Part shown: in pieces, positions 13,009 through 26,333 of the stretch
Layout: the number at the start of each line of letters is the position of its first letter
How positions within the stretch are numbered: the first letter of the stretch is position 1
Source of the DNA: Curvularia clavata
Lineage: Eukaryota
Assembly: GCA_023920165.1 (NCBI GenBank)
Contig: CP089277.1
Coordinates: 1,116,001-1,180,000, forward strand
Direction of reading: 5' to 3'
DNA: 64,000 bases
Position numbers and translations under genes: made by a program
Notes under the pieces: model-generated
What the model was told of the DNA's origin: nothing
Database searches by the model: none
Seen by the model: the letters and a program-made list of their open reading frames with translations, nothing else

Positions 13009-14597
13009 CTAAGACCTTCTTCTAACGATCGCAGTTACGGCCGGCTTGGAAAACCACCTCGTTGTCCAGCTAAACTTCTGGCCTTCAGCATCCGACTGAA
13101 TTTCAAAATCATACTTCCTGACGATTTGGGGAACCACCTTGTTCATCTCCAATAAACTGATGTTCTTACCAATGCATGTCCTCGCACCATTACCAAAGCT
13201 CAGGAAGTTTCTTTCTAACACCGCGCGCTCCTCCTTGTTCTCTGTGAGCCAGCGCTCTGGTCGGAAAACTTGTGCATCAGGACCAAAGATGGATTTGTTG
13301 TAGTGAATGACCCAGGCGTTGACACCGATCTCAGTACCAGGTGGGAAAAAAACCCCAGCGATCTGAAGGCCTTGTGGACCAACTACACGGGTCAATGGCG
13401 CACCAACTGCGGGGTGGATGCGCAAGCCTTCCAGAATAACTGCTTGAAGGTAAGGAAGTTTTTGAGCCTCTTGAAAGGTCACTGGATCAGAGAGGTTGCC
13501 AGCTGCAGCTGCAGCATCGAGTTCGTCACGGAGAGCAGTAAGGGTATTGGGGTACATGGAGAGGTAGGAGATGACCGTAGTGAGGGCTATAGCTGTAGTG
13601 TCAGAACCAGCTACGATGTTTTGAGTAGCGGCTTGTTCGGTGTGAAAGCGTGTAGCTTTGCCTTCTTTCTCCGCATGTAGCATCTTGTCAAGAAAGTCGC
13701 TGCGGTCATCAAGTAATTTGGCACGCCCTGAGACCCGATTATCAACATGGTAGCCCACGAAGTCGAGTATTCTTCTGAACTCTGGGTTGAGTTTCAATTT
13801 GTCCGCCGTCTTGCCCACCCACCAGTGCCACTCAGGTACCAAGCCCATGATGGCGCCGTAGACATTGGAGTTGTGGATAATCTCAATGATGCCGGATTCG
13901 TCGCCACGCTCCATCAGGCCAAACCGTGATCCAACTGTAATCTCACCAATCACATCAAAAGCGTAGAATTGCATCATCTCCCGGAGGTCCACAACCTTCC
14001 CGTTCTCAGCATACTCTTCCAATCGCTTAAGCAGGATAGAGTTGCAAGTATCAACAAACGGTTCGTAGGAGAGGAGCGCTGTTTGTGAGTACATTTGCGC
14101 TAACGGACGTCTGATTTTGGCGTGCGCCCCTAACCTTGTTTCCGAGAAGAGGTTGAACACATCCGGTTGACCGAATGCATGGTAATATTTCGACTTGTCA
14201 AGGGCATTGCGATGTCCAAGGATGACTTTGGCGGCTTCGCTGCTGTCTAGACTGTATCGGTTTGGTGCGAGGCGCACAACAGGACCTGGCTGAGTTAGTG
14301 ACGATAAGATTGTCTGTCTTGACCCAGTGTAGCCAAGGCAAGCTAGATTGACTTGCCATATTTCTCATGTAATGCGATGTTCAAAGTCACGTTGTCATGC
14401 TTGCGGATAGCCTGAAGTTCCCAAAGTCGAGTAAAACGAGCAAGGAATGGACCTGGCACGCTACGAAGAGGCGAGGCAAAGATTTGGTAAACAGATTGGA
14501 CTACGAAAACAAGCAAAATTGCAAGCAAACTATAAACATAGTATCTTTCATACGAATTCTGATCGTCGTTGTGAAAAGGGTGTGCTGAATGGGTCAT
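13009..14597 (-). CDS. Cytochrome P450 (pisatin demethylase-like group)
   Basis: N-terminal TM segment, VPGP hinge, AGSDTT, EGLR (ExxR), PERW and FGNGARTCIG heme motif. GC-AG intron at 14286..14356. Confidence 0.93.
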
Positions 14598-15427
14598 ACT
14601 GATGTTGTATGGAGGCTAGCTTTGGTCATGGGACAGAGTGGAAATGTAAGTATCCGAACACTTTTCTTATAGGATTCGTACTACGGTGAATTACTCGGTG
14701 ATATTCCCCCACTGCTGGAAGATGCGGGGCAGGAGTAACAGACATCCTTCTTCCCCAGTACAGCTCGGCCGAACGTTCGTACGAAAGCTCGTGCGATTCT
14801 CCGGATTGTGGGGGAGCAACCCTAGTGTAATTCTACTGACATGGGCGTGCACTTTTCCTCCACATTAGCAAAGTTGAGCGAGCTAATCGTTGAGTAGTGA
14901 TTACTAACTGTTGTAAAGCGAATACTTGGAAGGATACATGGCTGTCAGATAAGAATGGAATGCGTTATATGAAACAGATTTATTATTGAAAACTGAGTAC
15001 ATAGATGCGTTTAGGATCTTACGAGTTATAAACTCAATTGCTGAGGCGAAGGTTTCCATTACCCTTAAGTAGATAGGTGGACTCAAAAGGATCTCGAAAT
15101 CAAGAAGAGATAAGACAAGGAGAATGAAGCTGTTCTATCGATACAGCAGAAGGGATTGTGTTAAGGCGCCCATACTTATGGAGAATAAGCCACCTATGCC
15201 CATAATAAAAGGCAAGTCCACAGCATGGTGTACACAATGGCTCGTTTGGCTGCGGAGGCTTCAGGTAATAACGAGAGTTGTTCTTCTCTATGGGGATTAT
15301 TGGAGTTTATTGCTTCTCTGAACAATTACTATGCTTTGCAGTTTCATTTAGTTTGGTCCAAATTGGTTAAATGAGATCGGGTTCCAGATACAGAGATTTG
15401 CAATTGATTCCCTTCTTTACTACTTTG

Positions 15428-15893
15428 ATCATGGAATGGAAGAGACCGTCTTGAGCTTTGCGGTGCCTTGTTTCAGTTCCTCTAAGCCATCTGTAGTCGA
15501 TGCTAACCCACAGATATGTCTACTTTCCAACGGCGTGATCTTGGAATCTTGCAATTACACAGAAAGATTGTCACAATCCAGCTCCTCAATTCCTACCGGC
15601 CCTCCGAGATAATTGATGGCGGTCGATGACTTTGCAGGTTTCCTCAAGCACTGAGAAATCTTTTCGATTGTTTCCGTTGTCACGACAGTGTCAAAGGCAT
15701 AACGTATTCCCGTTGCCACAGCTTGAATTTTCAATACAACTTCTGGATCAGAATTAGCAAAGACCAGATTTGCTCCTCGTGCTTTAACCGCGCCAACGCT
15801 AGACTCGGTGGAAGTCAATCCTATCGCAAAATAGCCTGAAAGTTATAAAAGTTGGTTTGAAAGCTTGCTGATGCTTCCGTTTGTGCCCCTCAT
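15428..15893 (-). pseudogene. Degraded medium-chain dehydrogenase / trans-enoyl reductase-like relic
   Basis: One frame reads GTNGSISKLSNQLL*LSGYFAIG...VKARGANLVF...IRYAFDTV...*, which resembles the GxxGxVG...QLAKLSGY...GA..V..Y...YAFDxV pattern. It has in-frame stops and no intact N-terminus. Confidence 0.6.
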
Positions 15894-16750
15894 TCTCTTC
15901 AATGTGGAAATCGTACAGGAAACGGATATTGAATGCACCCAAGTACTGGCTCAAGGACTTCGCTGTGACTAACAGCTTTTCTCATCGATCAGAAGATGGG
16001 TTTGAAAGGAACAACCATCACTACAATCATCACTACAACCAATACTTCTGGGTGCTACTAATGATATCCCTTTGCTAAAATTTTGTGGATGCGCTGAAAT
16101 AACTTCGTCGGCAATATCCATACTAAGGACTTTTGTAGCTCAGTGTGATTTTCCGGACATTGAAGCAGGTAAATGCATCAAAACCATATGCTTATTTGCT
16201 CTTTTGCGTCTTCTATATACTGTATGAAAAGGAAAGTATGAACAATTCCTGTCAATACAGTTCCAGTCCAGATGATTCAGAGAGGTCACAAGATTCCTCA
16301 CTTGAATTACGACTCCCTGGGGCTTGCCGGTATGTATTCTTTAACCACCAGCAGCTCATGAGACTCGCGAAGGCCGAGGCATTTCGCCATACTGACTAGA
16401 CAACATGATCAAAACGTTTGCCTGATTGGAAGAAACTGCTTACAACAAATGGAGGAACTATCAGCCGTTGTAACCTGCAACTTAGGGATCGACTTGATCC
16501 AGGCCATGAGAGATTGAAGCTGCTATATATGATGATGTAGATCTCCCGGAGAACTGTGGAAAGGTTACAAGTGTCGTATAAGCACAAGAGCCGGAGCCCC
16601 TATTCGGATTGTGGAGAGCAAGTCTCGGCAGGTCCTGATGGCAATTTTACACATATAATCCTGTTATAGAAGCTCGATTTTGGATCATCAGAGATCCTCT
16701 GAAGAGAGTAAATAATACTAAAAAACCTTCTTGCAAGAAACTCATTCACG

Positions 16751-18132
16751 ATGTCATTGCAAGACCGCCCACTGGAAGTCATCATTGTTGGTGGAGGACT
16801 CGCTGGAGCACTTGCCGCCCGCGTTCTCCGCGAGAAACATAATGTCAGGATCTACGAACGCATGCGCACCCCCCAAGATGTTGGTGCCGCAATAAATGTT
16901 GGGCCCAATGGTGTTCGTATCCTGGACACGCTAAATTTCGACCGCTCCAAGGCAGGATCGATGCCGGTGGGCGTGGAAAAGATTTTCAACAAGGAGGGGA
17001 ACCTCGTGATAGATAAGCATACGAAATACGCTGAGACTTACGGTGCAGATTGGCTTTTCCACCATCGAGCCGACTTGAGAGCTGAATTTCTTCGGCTGGC
17101 TACCGCCAACTCCAAAGAATCTGGGATTCCCGGACGTCCTGCCGAATTGCACTGGAACGCTCACATCGTGGACGTTGATCCTGAGCAAGGCAAGGTCGTG
17201 CTTGCATCCGGGCAAGAACTGTTTGGCGACCTTATTGTTGGTCAGTGTGCTCGTAACATTGGTTAAAGTTCTCTGCAACTAAAAAAAATTATGACAGCGG
17301 CCGACGGCATCAAATCTGGAATACGTCCTTATGTTATAGGAAACTCTGCATTTTCGACCGCAAGGCCTTCCGGCATGTCAGCGTTTCGGTTCACCCTTGA
17401 TACCCAGTCAATTATAGAGAATCTTGGAAGGAAGCCAGAGATTTTGCAGTCGGACAAGCCAGTTTGCCTATCCATAGTGTACTCATTCGATGACTCCAAA
17501 AAAAGAGTAGTCATATATCCTTGCTGGAACTTCGAGATTTTAAACTTTGTTTGCATCGTACCAGACGACATGCTGAAAGAGGAAGCAACCGAATCGTGGT
17601 CAGCAGCAGGTGATCGAGAGGAGCTGTTGTCAGTTTTCAATGACTTCCCAAATTGGGTTTTGGACTATCTGCGGTCAGAATACCAACCTCCTGGTTCCAT
17701 GCAGAAACAATATTGGATGCTGACTTCCCGACAAATAGACTTGCTAAAGACATCAAGTTATGGCAATTACGCGACCAGGATCCTTTGCCGACGTACATAC
17801 GGGGCAGAACAGTTCTCATTGGCGATGCAGCCCATGCTATGACGCCACATCAAGGACAGGGTGGTACACAAGCGGTGGAAGATGCAGAAGGCTTCCGACT
17901 GTTCCTTCAGCCAGGAACCTCGAGGATGACAGTGCCGCAATTGTTGAAGGACTTTGATAGTGTACGAAGGCCCCGAGCGAGCCAGATCCAAGATAATACG
18001 AGGAAGTCTCATGATAAGAGGACTGCAGATGATATACATACCTTTGAGAAGATTAACTGGACGTATCCTGGGATACTGGAAGGGTTGAGACGTGTTAAGT
18101 CTGGGGAAAACATCGTTCAGCTCAGCAACTAG
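16751..18132 (+). CDS. FAD-dependent monooxygenase (salicylate hydroxylase-like, class A)
   Basis: VGGGLAG, ADGIKS and LIGDAAHAMTPHQGQGGTQAVED motifs. Introns at ~17241..17297 and ~17673..17738. Confidence 0.92.
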
Positions 18133-18728
18133 CGGATGCTGCATACAATATCATAAGGCTACAGATCGCTAGCTAAGTCCCACCTGAACCTCCTCATGGA
18201 AAATGCTGGTTAAAATGTGACACAATGACGACCTGAATTTGTAAAATTCCCGCATTTCGGGCCATCTGAGAATCCAAGACACTCTGGTCACGCATAAGTG
18301 GTTGTTTGCTGCTGAAGTATGTTTGCTATAATTACTGCTCTTTAGGCACGACGTATCTACTTCACTAAACAACAAGCAAGGCCATATGCTGGCAGTAACG
18401 AATCACCCACTTCCCTAATTGACTTCCGTGTATCCCACCTGAGATCTTCATGCCGCATTGACTAATTGATTGTGTCATACTCATAACGCTATATGACTCC
18501 ACATGCGCCATTTCTCCGCACTTCCCCTCATTTATTCGGTACTGCAGATTCTCTTGCACAACGCATCACGCATCGGCATGGTGGAGGGATATGAGAAGTG
18601 GAGCCGAAATAATTTCAGCTCCTAACTCCCATAATTTATTCACCTTTATATAAGCTGCACTTAGATACGTATGGCCAGTTTGGTAACAAAGAGATTTTAC
18701 ATTAAAGTCACAACTTGCAACCACAGCG

Positions 18729-19713
18729 ATGTCATCGTCCCAGCATCTCATCAAACAAATTGCTGTGGGTCGGCGAAAACCTGGTATGACTAGGAAGGAA
18801 TATTTCGATCACCGTTTTCGAATTCATGGAGCTATCAGCGATGGCATTGAGGACAGGGATCAGAAGCCACAGTGAGCACCATTCTCAAGGCACTATTTTC
18901 AGGCCGATACTTACAATTCTGCTCCCCTTTCCAGGAAATACATCCAAACACAAATTTTTGACGCTGCTTTTGGACCGCGTGCTGGCGGTCCCTTGAATGC
19001 AAATCAACATTGGTGCGGTCGCGACGACACTACAGAACTCTTTTTCCGAGACTGGGACCATGTTATCACCAATTTCAATTCTGACTATGTCAAAACGAAA
19101 GTAGGCCCAGATGCTCCCTTTTTCGCTGACTTCGAAACCAGCATTGTGCTCATGGCGAGAGAAAAACAAGTACAACTCCAGACGCGGTTGGCATCCGAGC
19201 GGCCCGGCAAGCCACTTAGCCAAGGCAACAGTACTGTAGCCATGTACTTTATCTCAACCCCGGATAATGAACGATATGGTGGACAGTTGGAGCCTCAGCT
19301 CACTCCGATTTTGACTCGTGCACTCGAGCAGTACTGTCAGGATGACGCTTGCGGGATTGTTGCCAACATTGGGGAAGTTTCTGAAAAGTTCGATCTCAAT
19401 TCTTACTTCGGGGGCGCTGATGCGCCAAAATATGCCCTTGTGTACAAGATTTACCTGAAAGATCCTAGTTCTGTGCCTGCGGTGAGGCGAAGCCAATTGA
19501 AATTTGAGGCCGCTACAAAGAACCTCATCGATTTGCATGAGTCTTTTATTGTGTTTTCTAAAGAAGTGGTAATTATGGACGTAGGGGAAAATATAAGAGT
19601 AAGTCAAGTCTCCGAAAAAGTTCTGCAATTCATCCTGATCAATATTCTAGTTCTCTCTCGACCGCCAGCCCCTATTTCAAGATCTTCCAGGACCTAGTCA
19701 TTTGGATAACTAG
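18729..19713 (+). CDS. EthD-domain (dimeric alpha/beta barrel) protein
   Basis: RRKPGMTRKEYFDHRFRIHG...KYIQ...DDTTELFF...VGPDAPFFAD is typical of EthD. Introns at ~18872..18934 and ~19599..19650. Confidence 0.75.
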
Positions 19714-20306
19714 GAGACTCAACATATTAGAGTCGAAACTTGAGCTACCTAGGTGTGGAAAAATTAGATCGTGTACTGCCAAGCCTGGCCCCAGAAGCGT
19801 CGCATCGTAGTCTGCGTGTATTTAAAAACAACTTAGACATAGAAGTAATAGTACAACTGTCAGGATTTGGCCCATATTGTGCCAGTCTGGCCCAGCATGG
19901 GGCTCCGCTCGTAACGGAATGACGCTGCTGTTCATCCAGGGGGCCCGCCCTATCTGTCAGTCTATTCACTGCTGAGTCCAAGAGCCGAGCTCTTATCATG
20001 TGATGAAAACACTACCAGCAATACGCTCCGCCTAGAATGAGATAATATAGTGAGACTATACTGTTTGGCTAGCTGTAAACAATCGTCGCCATATAACAGG
20101 GCAGAATAGTTCTTGCGCCTGACGCTTGTGGTGTGGCTGTGGTGGCTGAAAAGCTCGGTCCTTCTCTCCCAGTGCCTGCCCAGGTGCCCTGACACCCCTC
20201 TTCGCTTCCTCGCCAACACCAGGTACGTCAACACCACGCCTCGCGCTGCACACCCACCGCGCACACTCAAACTTACATCCTTCAGACTCACATTCACCCT
20301 CCCGAT

Positions 20307-22401
20307 ATGGACGCAAATCAGAACGACGAGCTTTACCCCATCGCCGTGCTCATCGACGAGCTCAAGCACGACGACGTTATTCTCCGCCTCAATGCAATTC
20401 ATCGCCTAAACACGATTGCACTCGCTCTGGGTGCCGAGCGAACACGTGAGGAGTTGATACCCTTCTTAGATGGTGAGGGTCCTGTCGAGCATCTCCAGAT
20501 GCGCTGCAAATTGCTAACACGTGCTCGTAGAGTCTGTCGAAGACGAGGATGAGGTTCTCACAGCATTGAGCGAGGAGCTGGGAAAGTTTGTCGAATACGT
20601 CGGAGGCCCAGAACACGCACATGTGCTTCTCTCCCCGCTTGAAAACCTTGCGGCTATCGAGGAGCCCCTTGTCCGGGAGAAGGTGTGCGCACTCATTTCT
20701 CACAGCCAGATGCACAGCTAACGCGCTCAGGCTGTCGAATCCCTCAACAAGATCTGCGAGGAGCTCTCACAGCAGCAAATCGAAGAAAACTTCATCCCTC
20801 TTGTCCTACGCCTATCGAAGGCCGATTGGTTCACTTCCAAAATCTCCGCCACAGGTCTCTATCAGACTCCCTATAGCCGCGCTACACCCCCGTCACAAGA
20901 AGCCCTCAGGCAACACTACGGCCAGCTAGTACACGATGACACTCCCATGGTGCGAAGACAGGCGGCGAACAACCTGGCCAAGTTCATCAAGGCCATGCCG
21001 CCATCCATTGTCATCGATGAGATGATTCCCCTTTTCCAGCATCTCGCCGCAGATGACCAGGACAGCGTCAGGCTGTTGACCGTCGACATTCTCATTGCCA
21101 TCGCCGAGGCAGTACCCAAGGAACAGCAGTCAAGCCACGGCGTTTTGCTAACCGCGTTGCGGAGTTTGTTCGAAGACAAGAGCTGGAGGGTACGATATAT
21201 GGTAGCAGACCGATTCGAGAAGGTGCGTTTCATATTGAACCAAGGCGATGCATGCGCTAACAGTATTAGATCGCGAAAGCCGTGGATGAAGAGGTGGTCA
21301 ACCGAGACCTGGTCCCAGCATTCGTCAAGCTCCTCAAGGACACTGAAGCGGAGGTCCGTAGCGCGATTGCTGGTCAGATTCCAGGTGGGTAGTCACAGAA
21401 AGAAACTGCAGGATAAATGCTAATCATGGCAGGATTCTGCGCGCTGCTCGAGCGCGAGACCCTCCTACACGAGGTTATGCCCAGCATAGAGGAGCTGGTC
21501 TCCGATCAGTCGCAGCATGTTCGCGCCGCGCTTGGCACCCAGATCAGTGGTCTGGCACCTATTCTTGGAAAGGAAGAGTAAGTTGAGCGCTTACGCGTGA
21601 CCACGTGCTGCGGTACTGACTCTGCATAGGACTATCTCACATCTCCTCCCCATGTTCCTGCAGATGCTCAAAGACGAGTTCCCCGATGTCCGGCTGAACA
21701 TCATCTCGAAGCTCGAGTCAGTCAACAACGTCATCGGTATCGAGCTTCTCTCGCAGTCTCTCCTCCCGGCCATTGTCCAGCTTGCCGAAGACAAGCAATG
21801 GCGCGTCCGTCTTGCTATCATCGAATACGTTCCCCTGCTGGCGTCGCAACTCGGTGTGCAGTTCTTCGACGAGAAGCTCAGCAGTCTGTGTATGAGCTGG
21901 CTTGGAGACACTGTCTTCTCGATCCGTGAGGCATCCACTCAGAATCTGAAGAAGCTCACAGAGGTCTTTGGCGTAGAGTGGGCCAACGATGCGATTGTCC
22001 CCAAGGTTATGGCCATGGGACAACACCCCAACTATCTATACCGCATGACGACTTGCTTTGCTGTGTCGACGCTCGCACCCGCCCTCAGTCTCGATGTCAT
22101 CGAACAGTCCATTATCCCAATGATGGACAAGCTTGTCAACGACGACATTCCCAACATCCGATTCAATGTGGCAAAGTCGTATGGCCAACTCATCAACACA
22201 CTGAAACAGCTCCCAGAACAGGGTACCGTAATTGCTCTGGAAAAGGCAGGCACACCCGGCCAAGGCTGCCAAAAGGCGACGGATGTCATCACAAAGAGCA
22301 TTTTGCCCAACCTCGAGAAGCTGCAGCAAGATGACGATGTGGACGTACGATACTTTGCAACGACGGCCGCCCAAAGCTTCACCGAGGCAATGCAGACTTA
22401 G
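20307..22401 (+). CDS. TPD3: Protein phosphatase 2A scaffold subunit A (HEAT repeats)
   Basis: [44 protein letters not shown] and NIRFNVAK. Five introns. Confidence 0.97.
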
Positions 22402-22784
22402 AAGGTGCAATTGCGTCCGTGTTCTTGAGTGTGGAGAATGACATGATGATTAGCATGTATGGATAATGACGTGGACAGTTGGGAGAGGAGCAATGTGTAA
22501 CGAATGCCTCCAGGCTTTAGTTGGAAGCTGTATCCAGGCTCGGTGGGCTAGTTTTGGTTCATGAGCATGACCATCAAGATAACCCCTGTTAGATTTACCA
22601 TGGGCAAGTTTTTTTCAATGCATTACTTTGGCGTTCATGAAGTGCACACACGGCAAGATGATGGAGGCATGGTTTACTAATCTTGTTCTATTGCGCGCCA
22701 AATACTACCAGACAGGATACAGGGGCCATGGTGCACTATGTTATGTAGGAAACATGGCTACGACGTTGCATTGTCGCGAAGTGA

Positions 22785-23149
<365 letters not shown>

Positions 23150-23834
23150 TGTTGCGGGTGAGGGGGCGCGCGTAAAGAAGTGGCGCAGGAACGAAATTTT
23201 GGCGGTTGTAGGACCTAGTCGTGTATGAGTAGCTGGTATGAGGAGAGGATTATGTCTGAGGAAGACTTACTTAAGTATCTGGGAGTGTTGTAGAGATTGC
23301 TAAGAGAAGGTCGAAGTAATGGATCTAGCTGACAAGTAGAGTATGTACAAGTGGATTAGTGATGCGCCGCCCCCCGCAGTTGCAACAACCTTCAAGGCAA
23401 ATGATGCAATCGCATGTCCACATTTGGCGCCAACTAGCGCCGGAGATGGGTCGGCGATTGATTACGGAAGCACACCAGGGGGATTGGTGCGTTTGAGACA
23501 GCGCCTTCGTCATGGCGCATGAGGCTGGTGCGAAACGGACGAACGACTAGCCTCAGCCTCAACCACATGTCGAAACGTTCTCTAGTCATTGAACAGATCC
23601 AAGGGCTGGTCAGACGAAGAATATTGCCCTGGGAAAGATAGATTGAAAGCGGTAGCAGAACTGCATCGGGCTGCGCAACTTCCGCATTCCGAAGCTTCCA
23701 CGCGTGCTCCAGCCTGCGACAACCTGTCGAACCATCTTTCGCCTTTCAGGCACCATCCCAACAAACTCTCCTCACCCTCGCTCTCACACAACTCTTGTTG
23801 CCTTTCTTATGCGTTTTTGTGACCGCGCACCACC

Positions 23835-25928
23835 ATGACGTCCTCAGCGTCTGGCTCGATTGCCTTCTTCGTCCTTGCACTGCTCTCCATATGCGGCCTC
23901 GTCCTCCTGCTCCTACGCTACTACCTTCCGCTTCGCACCACTCCCGCATACGTCGTCCTGCCCGTATTCCTAGCTATAGCACTGCCTGCCAGCATAATCG
24001 TCTTACTTCCCATCGATCTCGCAAGTAGCGCCGGACTCGATACAACTGAAGGCGCAAGGGGAATATGGCTGAACGACACAGTCGTGTACAAGACATGGCG
24101 CGTCATATACTGGCTCACGTTTGTACTGACATGGGCCATACTGCCCATGCTAGGCGAATATTGTGATAGTGGATATAGGGAACCCAAGGCTAGGCTGCAA
24201 TATGCACTACGAAGCAACGGACGATACTGGCTCATCGTACTGGCATGCAGTATCGTCGGCTCGATATACCTGATATGGTGGAATGGCTTCGAGGCCGACA
24301 CATTTAAGAGCTTGGTCATGGCGCTTGCTTATGCTTGGGGTCTCATACTAGGCATCTACCTCATGGGTCATGGACTCGTCGCATTTCCAAGGAGTTTGTT
24401 CCGGTACGCAAGCGTGAGCGAACGACTAAAGAGGATACAAAGCCAGGCGCCAAAAGTCCACGAAAAGCTGACCGAGGCACTGGAGAAGTTGGACCAATAT
24501 GAATATCAGGTCGTACAACTCAAGCAGAGAAAGAATGGTATTCCAAGGGACTTTCAAGAATGGATCGATGAGATAGCGGAGAGGAGCAATCTACCCGAGA
24601 GTAGGGCAGGTGTCGTTGGGCGAATGGGCACAGCGACGATTCCACCAGTCATCACGGAGCGATACCTAGCAGACTTGACGAGGAAACTGAAGCGTGCGCG
24701 GCATGCAAAGTGTCGGTTCGAAAATGAATGGGATCATATTGTACGGAAAGCAGTCCGGACGCAAGCCATCCTCGACTCCAAAGCCAGCAAGCATCTCGAA
24801 TTCAAGGGCGCCGCCAAATCGTCACAAAGAGGCCCACTTGATCGCATTACACTACTCACACCCTTCACACGGTACCACCTCCACGTTCATGTCATCCCTG
24901 CACTCACATATTTTTCGTGGGCCATGGCAATCCTGGCTTCCATCTCCATTGTTTGGTCGGAATGCGTTCGCGAAGCTCAGGATCTCGGAGGTCCGAAACT
25001 TTCAATCATTGGCTGGACGGTTGTCCATCGTCATGACAGCGGCCGTTCATCCGTTGGTTTCAATAGCCAGATTATCGCTGCAGCTTGGCTATGCTACATG
25101 TGTGTCTGCGCTTTCTACAGTCTCACAGAGGTCAAGATTTGGGGCAACAGAGCGCTCGTACGGCGCAATACCTACCAGGAAAGTGCGACATGGTATGGTC
25201 TTCAGGTTGCGAAGCTGACCGTACCTCTGAGCTACAACTTCTTGACAATGACGGACAAGAACATCTGGAAAGGCACCATGTTCTACAAGTTCCTCGGTCG
25301 ACTGATTGTTTTGTCCCCGCTCGGTGAGGGGTTCAGCGCTTTCTTCCCTATCTTCATCCTCGTACCGGTCTTCGCGACAGCATTTGGCCTGTACGGTAAA
25401 GTGAAGAACATCTGCGGTTTCGGCGACCTGCTGGACGACGAAGATGACGGAGCGGAAGGTGCCTCTGCGGGTACTGGTTCTTGGCGGGAAGGCCGCGCGT
25501 TGATTGCACGCGAAATTCAGGGCGCCAGTGGAAATGTCCTGGGACTGTCGCAGCGCACAACCTCACCGCCAAGCGAACGTTATACAGATACACCAGAGCC
25601 TTCATCATCCAGCCAGGCTGCTTCAACAGCAGCCGCAAACGGCGCAAGTAACATCACGCGATCGTCAGTGACCCGACCTGAACATAGGCGACCTTTATTA
25701 GAAGACGACGAGGACGAAGGCAACTTCTTCGAAAACTTCGCTACAAGAGTCAAGAATACATTCGAGAGCAACGATTTTACCTTTACACGGCCAAGGTGGC
25801 TTGGTGGCGAGGATGAAGTCGAAGCTGGACGCAGTAGGAGACAGCTCGAGAGAGGTGAAAGCGATCGTACAAGCGGATTCTTGAGCTTGTTTGGTGGCAG
25901 ATCCGATGAAGGAAGGTTGAGATTGTAA
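23835..25928 (+). CDS. LMBR1-domain membrane protein
   Basis: 697-aa multi-TM ORF with LLPIDLAS, WRVIYWLTFVLTW, EYCDSGY, GHGLVAFPR and KLTVPLSYNF. Confidence 0.85.
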   Translation: MTSSASGSIAFFVLALLSICGLVLLLLRYYLPLRTTPAYVVLPVFLAIALPASIIVLLPIDLASSAGLDTTEGARGIWLNDTVVYKTWRVIYWLTFVLTWAILPMLGEYCDSGYREPKARLQYALRSNGRYWLIVLACSIVGSIYLIWWNGFEADTFKSLVMALAYAWGLILGIYLMGHGLVAFPRSLFRYASVSERLKRIQSQAPKVHEKLTEALEKLDQYEYQVVQLKQRKNGIPRDFQEWIDEIAERSNLPESRAGVVGRMGTATIPPVITERYLADLTRKLKRARHAKCRFENEWDHIVRKAVRTQAILDSKASKHLEFKGAAKSSQRGPLDRITLLTPFTRYHLHVHVIPALTYFSWAMAILASISIVWSECVREAQDLGGPKLSIIGWTVVHRHDSGRSSVGFNSQIIAAAWLCYMCVCAFYSLTEVKIWGNRALVRRNTYQESATWYGLQVAKLTVPLSYNFLTMTDKNIWKGTMFYKFLGRLIVLSPLGEGFSAFFPIFILVPVFATAFGLYGKVKNICGFGDLLDDEDDGAEGASAGTGSWREGRALIAREIQGASGNVLGLSQRTTSPPSERYTDTPEPSSSSQAASTAAANGASNITRSSVTRPEHRRPLLEDDEDEGNFFENFATRVKNTFESNDFTFTRPRWLGGEDEVEAGRSRRQLERGESDRTSGFLSLFGGRSDEGRLRL

Positions 25929-26333
25929 TTTTAGCTGCCCCACCGGGCAATGGAATCTTTGGATAATGGCGTTTTTTTTCTAAAGGGCTTAGATCTGGGT
26001 CTTATTTGGATGAGCTGGGCTTGGAAGCATGCATAGCGCGGGACTACTATTACTACGTTATAATACTCTAGTGTAGGCATTCTTGCAATCACATATATTA
26101 TTCTCTGTCTTCTCGTATTTGCCGTTAGCAGATGTGATTTGTAAATGTTGAAGTGCTTATAACTTTGTTTATTCTCAGTTTAATGTCAGCTTACAAAGAT
26201 GAAACAGAACTGAGAAAAAAAAAGGGCCAAAACAACATCATCACAGTATTATAACGAGATCAAAATCGTAGATTTATCATCCTGCAATCCCACTCATGAG
26301 GATAAAAAAAGGTCACGGGTCATTACCAAGAAT

